This document shows, in pieces, positions 51,936 through 56,384 of a stretch of 56,384 bases of DNA (position 1 is the first letter of the stretch; each line of letters opens with the position of its first letter). Under the pieces are notes generated by a model. The model did not search any database and was not told the DNA's origin. It saw only the letters and a program-made list of their open reading frames with translations. The stretch is from Bacillota bacterium. GTDB taxonomy: Bacteria > Bacillota > Sulfobacillia > RBS10-35 > JAJYVN01. The stretch covers positions 1-56,384 of the forward strand of contig JAJYVV010000001.1 in the NCBI GenBank assembly GCA_021791815.1, read 5' to 3'. The translations under genes were made by a program, and so were the position numbers.

Positions 51936-52931
51936 GTGTCCACGGGGGCGGAGGCGTCCAGGGTCAGGGTCGGGGTCATCGGCTGCGGCGGACGGGCGGG
52001 CTCGCACCTCCATGCGCTGGCCCGCGGGTCCGGATCGACGGTGGTCGCGGTCGCGGACGTCGTCGAGGCGGCCGCGCGCACGGCCGGCGAGCGCTGGGGG
52101 GTGCCCTGGTACACGGACCACCGGGAGTTGCTGCGCCGGGACGACCTGGACGCCGCCGTGATCTGCGTGCCCGTCTTCGCCCACGGCCAGATCGAAGGGG
52201 ACGTGGCGGCACGGGGGCTCCCGTTCCTCGTGGACAAGCCCGTGGCGCGGGACCTGGCTACGGCGAGGCGCGTCGCGGAGGCCGTGCGGGCGGCCGGGGT
52301 GTGGGCCTCCGTCGGATACCAGCTGCGCTACCTGCCCCACGTGCGCCGCGCGCGCGCCTTCCTGGCGGGCAGGACGGTGGCGGTCGTCGAGGGGCACTAC
52401 TGGTGCGGCACCGGACGCGCGGGAAGTTGGCACAACGACTGGGAGAAGTCCGGCGGGCAACTCGTCGAACAGGCCACCCACACGGTGGACCTGATGCGCC
52501 ACCTCGTGGGCGACGTCGAGGCGGTGTACGCGCAGCAGGCCCGGCGGATCCTGACCGGCATCACGTCGCCCGACGCTTACACCGTCAGCCTGCGCTTCGT
52601 TTCGGGCGCGCTCGGGACCCTCAGCACGAGCTGGGCGCACGATCCGGGGGACTGGTCGCAGGCCAACGTCCTGCACCTCTCCCTGGACGGCTGCCTTCTC
52701 CGCGTCGACGGGGGCGGGGCGAGCCTCCTTCCCGAGGGCAAGGAGCAGTTGCCCGAGGTGGACGGACCGGACATGTACGCGGCGTTCTGCGCCGGCGTCC
52801 GTTCGGGCCGGCCCGCGGAGGTCCTGTCGTCCTACGACGACGGCGTCGCGACCCTCGCCGTCTCCCTCGCCGCCAACGAGTCGGCACGGTCGGGGCGGCC
52901 GGTGGCGCTCGCGGAGGCGGTCGGCGCCTGA
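51936..52931 (+). CDS. Gfo/Idh/MocA family oxidoreductase
   Basis: GTG 51936 with GGGGAGG 10 nt upstream. The Rossmann motif is RVGVIGCGGRAGSH, and LVDKP is the EKP-type motif. It is divergent from the GH31 gene. Confidence 0.85.
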   Translation: MSTGAEASRVRVGVIGCGGRAGSHLHALARGSGSTVVAVADVVEAAARTAGERWGVPWYTDHRELLRRDDLDAAVICVPVFAHGQIEGDVAARGLPFLVDKPVARDLATARRVAEAVRAAGVWASVGYQLRYLPHVRRARAFLAGRTVAVVEGHYWCGTGRAGSWHNDWEKSGGQLVEQATHTVDLMRHLVGDVEAVYAQQARRILTGITSPDAYTVSLRFVSGALGTLSTSWAHDPGDWSQANVLHLSLDGCLLRVDGGGASLLPEGKEQLPEVDGPDMYAAFCAGVRSGRPAEVLSSYDDGVATLAVSLAANESARSGRPVALAEAVGA

Positions 52932-53013
52932 ACGGGCGCCGTCGCGCGGCATGGCGCGGGCGGGCTCCCGCGAGCCCGTCCGCCCGCCGTGCGGGCCGCA
53001 TGGCGCCGCCGGG

Positions 53014-54411
53014 TCACCCCCGCCTGGGCGGGTCCGCGACGAGTTCCCGCGCCTCGCCGGCGATGCGCGTGCGGAGGCGGCAGCGGTGCCGCCAGATGCG
53101 GGCGACGTGCTCCAGCGCCTTCTGCGCGTCCGCCAACTCCAGGTCGCGCCCGTCATGGCTGTGTTCGAGCAGGAGTTCGCGGGCGCCCCCGTGGTCGAAA
53201 TCGACCGCGGCGACGACCGGGCGGCCGCACGCCTCGCGGCTGCGCACCAGGGCGTCGCGCACGGCCTCAAAGTCGGTGGCGGTCACCTTCCAGAGCGCCT
53301 GGCCGCCCTCGTCGCGCCTGCTGTACACGAACATGTCGAGGCGTTCGGCGACCTCCCGGGTGAAGTGGTTGCGCACAAACGCGACGTCGTCCTCGACCTC
53401 GCGGATGAGAAAGCATTCCCGCAGCCCGTCGCGCTCTCCCAGACGCTCGACGATGTCCTCGTAGATCGCGACCCCCAGGAGATATGGGTTGATCGCACCC
53501 GGGTGCGCGGCCCGCACACCGGCGTTGAGGCGGGCGAAATCGAGGTACTCGCCGTCGGAGAGCGGCAGGTCGCGCAGCAGGCGCGTGTGCCAGAGCGTCG
53601 CCCACCCTTCGTTCATGACCTTGGTGCGCAGCTGGGGGCGGAAGTAGAGCGCCTCGTCGCGCACCATGTCGATGGCATCGCGCTGCCAGTCCTCCAGATC
53701 CGGGGCGTGGCGGGCCAGAAACAGCAGCAGGTCGGCGCCCTCCGGGCCGCGCCGCCCGGCCGACGCCCCGGCGCCCTCCCGTCGGGGAAACAGCGTGGCC
53801 GCCCGCGCCTCGACGGCCTCCGCGTCCGCCGCGACCCTGCCCGGAACCGGGCCTGCGCCGGCGCGGCCCGGCGGCAGGCCGCGGAGCGGCATCGGCGGGG
53901 GCCCGGCCGCGCCCGGGTCGACATGGTCCTCGATGGCGAGGAGGGCGTCGAGCAGCGCCTCCACCTCCGCCCGTCCGTGGGCGAATTCGTAGCCGCGCAG
54001 GCGGTCCGCGTGCAGCGGCGCGCGGTCGGCCATGTCGCGCGGCGCGGCCCTGAAATGCGCGTTGCGGGCAAAGAAGTCGGCGTGCCCGAGCACGTGCCCG
54101 GCGACCAGCTTGTTGGTCAGCAGGTCGTTGCTCTCGAGCAGGAAGGCCTCGGCGGGGTCGCTGTGCACGACGAGCTCGAAGTACTTGACGAGCCCGAGGT
54201 CATACTGCGCCTTCAGGCTCTGGTACGCCTTGCCGTGGGACCAATGGGAGAAGCGCCCGGGCAGCCCGTAGGCGGCCACCTCGTACAGGATGGTCGAGGG
54301 CACGACCTCGAAGTGCACGGGCAGTGGAGCGAGGCCCGCGGCGGCGGCGAGGTCGCCGAGCCGGGAGAGCGCCTCCTGCAGGGCCGCCGCGTCGCTGTCG
54401 CGCATCCCCAT
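53014..54411 (-). CDS. spoVR: SpoVR family protein
   Basis: From ATG 54411: ..PVHFEVVPSTILYEVAAYGLPGRFSHWSHGKAYQSLKAQYDLGLVKYFELVVHSDPAEAFLLESNDLLTNKLVAGHVLGHADFF.. and ..VMNEGWATLWH.. are collinear with SpoVR/YcgB. Protein of 465 aa. Confidence 0.9.
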   Translation of the reverse strand: MGMRDSDAAALQEALSRLGDLAAAAGLAPLPVHFEVVPSTILYEVAAYGLPGRFSHWSHGKAYQSLKAQYDLGLVKYFELVVHSDPAEAFLLESNDLLTNKLVAGHVLGHADFFARNAHFRAAPRDMADRAPLHADRLRGYEFAHGRAEVEALLDALLAIEDHVDPGAAGPPPMPLRGLPPGRAGAGPVPGRVAADAEAVEARAATLFPRREGAGASAGRRGPEGADLLLFLARHAPDLEDWQRDAIDMVRDEALYFRPQLRTKVMNEGWATLWHTRLLRDLPLSDGEYLDFARLNAGVRAAHPGAINPYLLGVAIYEDIVERLGERDGLRECFLIREVEDDVAFVRNHFTREVAERLDMFVYSRRDEGGQALWKVTATDFEAVRDALVRSREACGRPVVAAVDFDHGGARELLLEHSHDGRDLELADAQKALEHVARIWRHRCRLRTRIAGEARELVADPPRRG

Positions 54412-54714
54412 CTCCGCCCCTTCGCGGCCGCCGCGCGGCCGCGGGGATCCATATGCCGGCGCGCGGCCCGCCGGGCTGCGCACGAGACCGCCGTGGCGGG
54501 CACCGGCAACCATCCAGCCGGGCGGGCCAAGACCGCATGCGGACTCTGCGGCAATGACCGCCATCCGGCGGCAGGGAACGGGACCTCGTGCGGCCAATAG
54601 CCGTGCCGGGCGGATGCTGGTGGCCCGCTCGGCGGCCGACTCCCGGCTGGGCGGCGGCATGCCGTTCCGGATGCGCGTCCGAGTCGGCCGGGTTCGTTGC
54701 GGGGGGACACGGGG

Positions 54715-55818
54715 ATGCATCGTGGGCTGTGGAGGCGCGCCCGCTTGCTCGCGCCGCTGCTGGCGGCATCCGTCGCCGCGGCCGGTTGCAGCTTCCGGCT
54801 GCTGCCGGCCCAGGGCGTGGTCGCCAACCCGGCGACCCGGTTGGTGTTGCCGGCCCAGCAGCAGGTGACCACGGTCACCGTGCAGCAGGGGAACGTCACC
54901 GCCACGCAGCAGATCGCCGGCACGATCGAGCCTGTGCGCACGGCCCTCCTGTATTTCTTGACCAACGGCAAGGTCGAGACGCTCAACATGGTCAACGGCC
55001 AGGCCGTACATGCCGGCGAGGTGCTGGCCACCCTCAACGTGGGCAACCTGCCGTTCCAGATCAGCCAGATGAACCTCACGCTGCAGCGCGACCAATTGCA
55101 GATCACGGATCTCGAGAACAGCCTCCAAACCAATCCGCCCACGTCCCCGCTGCAGGCCGATCAGCGGATGAACCAGGTCCAGGAGGCCCAGATGCAGCTC
55201 CAGGCCGATCAGTTGAGCCAGCAGAGTCTGCAGTTGCAGCTGTCCCAGCAGGAGATCATCGCGCCGTTCGCCGGCGTGCTGCAGGACGTCAACGTGCAAA
55301 CGGGCAACGACGTCGGCCAGTATCAGGTGCTCGCCCAATTGCAGGACACGTCAGGGGGCATCTGGGTCGCCAAACTCACGGCGGCCCAGGCCAATATCAT
55401 CGCCCCGGGCCAGCCGGTGAAGCTCAGCCTCTCGACGGACCCGCAGGCGGCCCTGACCACCACCATCGGCTCCGTGCAGATCCCCACTTCGGACGCGACC
55501 GCGATCGCGCAGGCGAACTCGGGCCTGGGCGGCCTCACGCAGCCCCAGGCGACCCTCGCGACCCCGTCCGGCTACACGTTCAAGGCGAGCGACGTCGGTG
55601 CGGCGTTCACGGGCGTGGTCACCGTCGCCGAACAGGACAACGTGCTGTTCCTGCCCAACAGCAACACCGTCTTTTCCTTCAACGGCCTGAACTACGTGTT
55701 TCTCTACAAGGACGGGCGGACCATCGAGCGGCCGGTGTCGCTCGGCCTGCAGGGCACCCAGGACGTGGTCATCACCGGCGGACTCAAGGCCGGGGACGCC
55801 GTCGTGGAACAGGGGTAG
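54715..55818 (+). CDS. HlyD/membrane-fusion-protein family periplasmic adaptor lipoprotein
   Basis: ATG 54715. Lipobox AAAGC. The architecture is barrel-sandwich, then Gln-rich coiled-coil hairpin (..QMQLQADQLSQQSLQLQLSQQEIIAPFAGVL..), then a beta-barrel. It is noticeably less GC-rich than its neighbours. Confidence 0.8.
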   Translation: MHRGLWRRARLLAPLLAASVAAAGCSFRLLPAQGVVANPATRLVLPAQQQVTTVTVQQGNVTATQQIAGTIEPVRTALLYFLTNGKVETLNMVNGQAVHAGEVLATLNVGNLPFQISQMNLTLQRDQLQITDLENSLQTNPPTSPLQADQRMNQVQEAQMQLQADQLSQQSLQLQLSQQEIIAPFAGVLQDVNVQTGNDVGQYQVLAQLQDTSGGIWVAKLTAAQANIIAPGQPVKLSLSTDPQAALTTTIGSVQIPTSDATAIAQANSGLGGLTQPQATLATPSGYTFKASDVGAAFTGVVTVAEQDNVLFLPNSNTVFSFNGLNYVFLYKDGRTIERPVSLGLQGTQDVVITGGLKAGDAVVEQG

Positions 55819-55837
55819 GGCCCGCCGCGCCGGCCGG

Positions 55838-56101
55838 TCACGACTCGCCCGGGGTCCGGACCGCCTCCGGCGGATGGAAGAACCGGCGCAGGGCCCGATA
55901 CACGTCGCGCCGCTCGTGGAGCGACATGGTCACGAAGCGCGCATCCCCGATCTCGGCCAGGGCGCCGAGGAGCGGGGAGCGGTATCCTCCCTCGGCGATC
56001 TCCGCGTAGCCGACGGCCGCCGCGCCCGCCACCATCTGCCGGGTCAGCTCCACGCACCGGCGGTTGTCGGCGTCGCCCCAGTTGTCGCCGTCGGGAAACT
56101 G
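55838..56101 (-). pseudogene. yhbH: 3' fragment (about 87 codons) of yhbH/yeaH (DUF444) gene
   Basis: QFPDGDNWGDADNRRCVELTRQMV..VGYAEIAEGG..LLGALAEIGDARFVTMSLHERRDVYRALRRFF matches the C-terminal end of YhbH/YeaH (..SDGDNW..D...C...L...l....Y.Ei........L.......F.......DiY...r.lF). The roughly 300 N-terminal residues are absent from this position. Confidence 0.7.
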
Positions 56102-56129
56102 CGGCCCAGGGAGACGGCGTGCCGCCACG

Positions 56130-56384
56130 CTACTCGATCTCGACCCTCGCGTCCCGCCAGACCTGGATGCGCCGTGCAACGCCGCGGAGCAGCGCTCGCC
56201 GCTGCGCCCCGTCGGCCAGGTCCCAGAGCTGTGGCAAGTCGACCAGCAGCCGCTTGACGTTTTCCGGATCGGGGCGGTGATCGCGGGCGAGGTCCAGTTC
56301 CAAGGCCGCTGCGCGCGTCTGGAGTTCGGCGCGTTCCGTCCGCAGGGCGCCCATCCTCTCCCCCACGTCGGAACCCGACAGCCA
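56130..56384 (-). CDS. large serine recombinase, C-terminal end (5' part lies beyond the window)
   Basis: The frame is open to the window edge. ..ERMGALRTERAELQTRAAALELDL..ENVKRLLVDLPQLWDLADGAQRRALLRGVARRIQVWRDARVEIE* shows the coiled-coil plus the ..R..LL+.++.RI.V..D..vEI tail typical of large serine recombinases. Confidence 0.7.
   Translation of the reverse strand, partial: WLSGSDVGERMGALRTERAELQTRAAALELDLARDHRPDPENVKRLLVDLPQLWDLADGAQRRALLRGVARRIQVWRDARVEIE

Noticed and set aside
1-56384. CRISPR arrays, rRNA genes, tRNA genes
   Set aside because: I saw no regularly spaced direct repeats, no rRNA-like conserved stretches and no convincing cloverleafs. This was a visual scan only; tRNAscan/Infernal would be decisive.

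Overview
The window is very G+C-rich (about 73-75% judged by eye, not computed) and densely coding. Real genes show strong G/C third-position bias and GGAGG-type Shine-Dalgarno sites, and many start with GTG or TTG. Most long ORFs in the track are Arg/Pro/Gly-rich shadow frames, which I rejected. SpoVR, a YhbH/DUF444 fragment, an SLH remnant and the strong SD usage suggest a high-GC spore-former-like Bacillota (Limnochordia/Thermaerobacter-like); this is inference only. I support about 45 protein genes. They include glycan catabolism genes (GH38 mannosidase, GH31, a 1271-aa GH-like protein, and three Gfo/Idh/MocA or xylose-isomerase-like TIM genes). There is an AnSME-type radical SAM enzyme, a heterodimeric ABC exporter, MFS and TauE transporters, and two histidine phosphatases. 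Cell-envelope genes include a DD-carboxypeptidase, an Asp-box lipoprotein, a GT39-like glycosyltransferase, a DegT aminotransferase and a ceramidase-like protein. Signalling genes are a GGDEF-EAL protein and a NarL-type two-component pair. Also present are asnB, three SAM methyltransferases, a Cys-based phosphatase, a quinone oxidoreductase, spoVR and an HlyD-type adaptor. A small decayed islet carries vapBC, an IS256 remnant and a frameshifted GNAT gene. I saw no rRNA, tRNA or CRISPR array. Two observations stand out. First, a Prx-like redoxin has an in-frame UGA exactly at the CxxC position and a bSECIS-like hairpin just downstream, making it a candidate selenoprotein that ORF calling truncates. 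Second, only the 3' end of yhbH (DUF444) is present, about 30 bp from the stop of a large serine recombinase gene that runs off the window edge. This looks like a gene-interrupting mobile or intervening element. Lesser items are a TauE gene whose conserved N-terminus lies upstream of any canonical start codon, an orphan AnSME with a SEC-C tail, and two gene-poor, structured or decayed intergenic regions.
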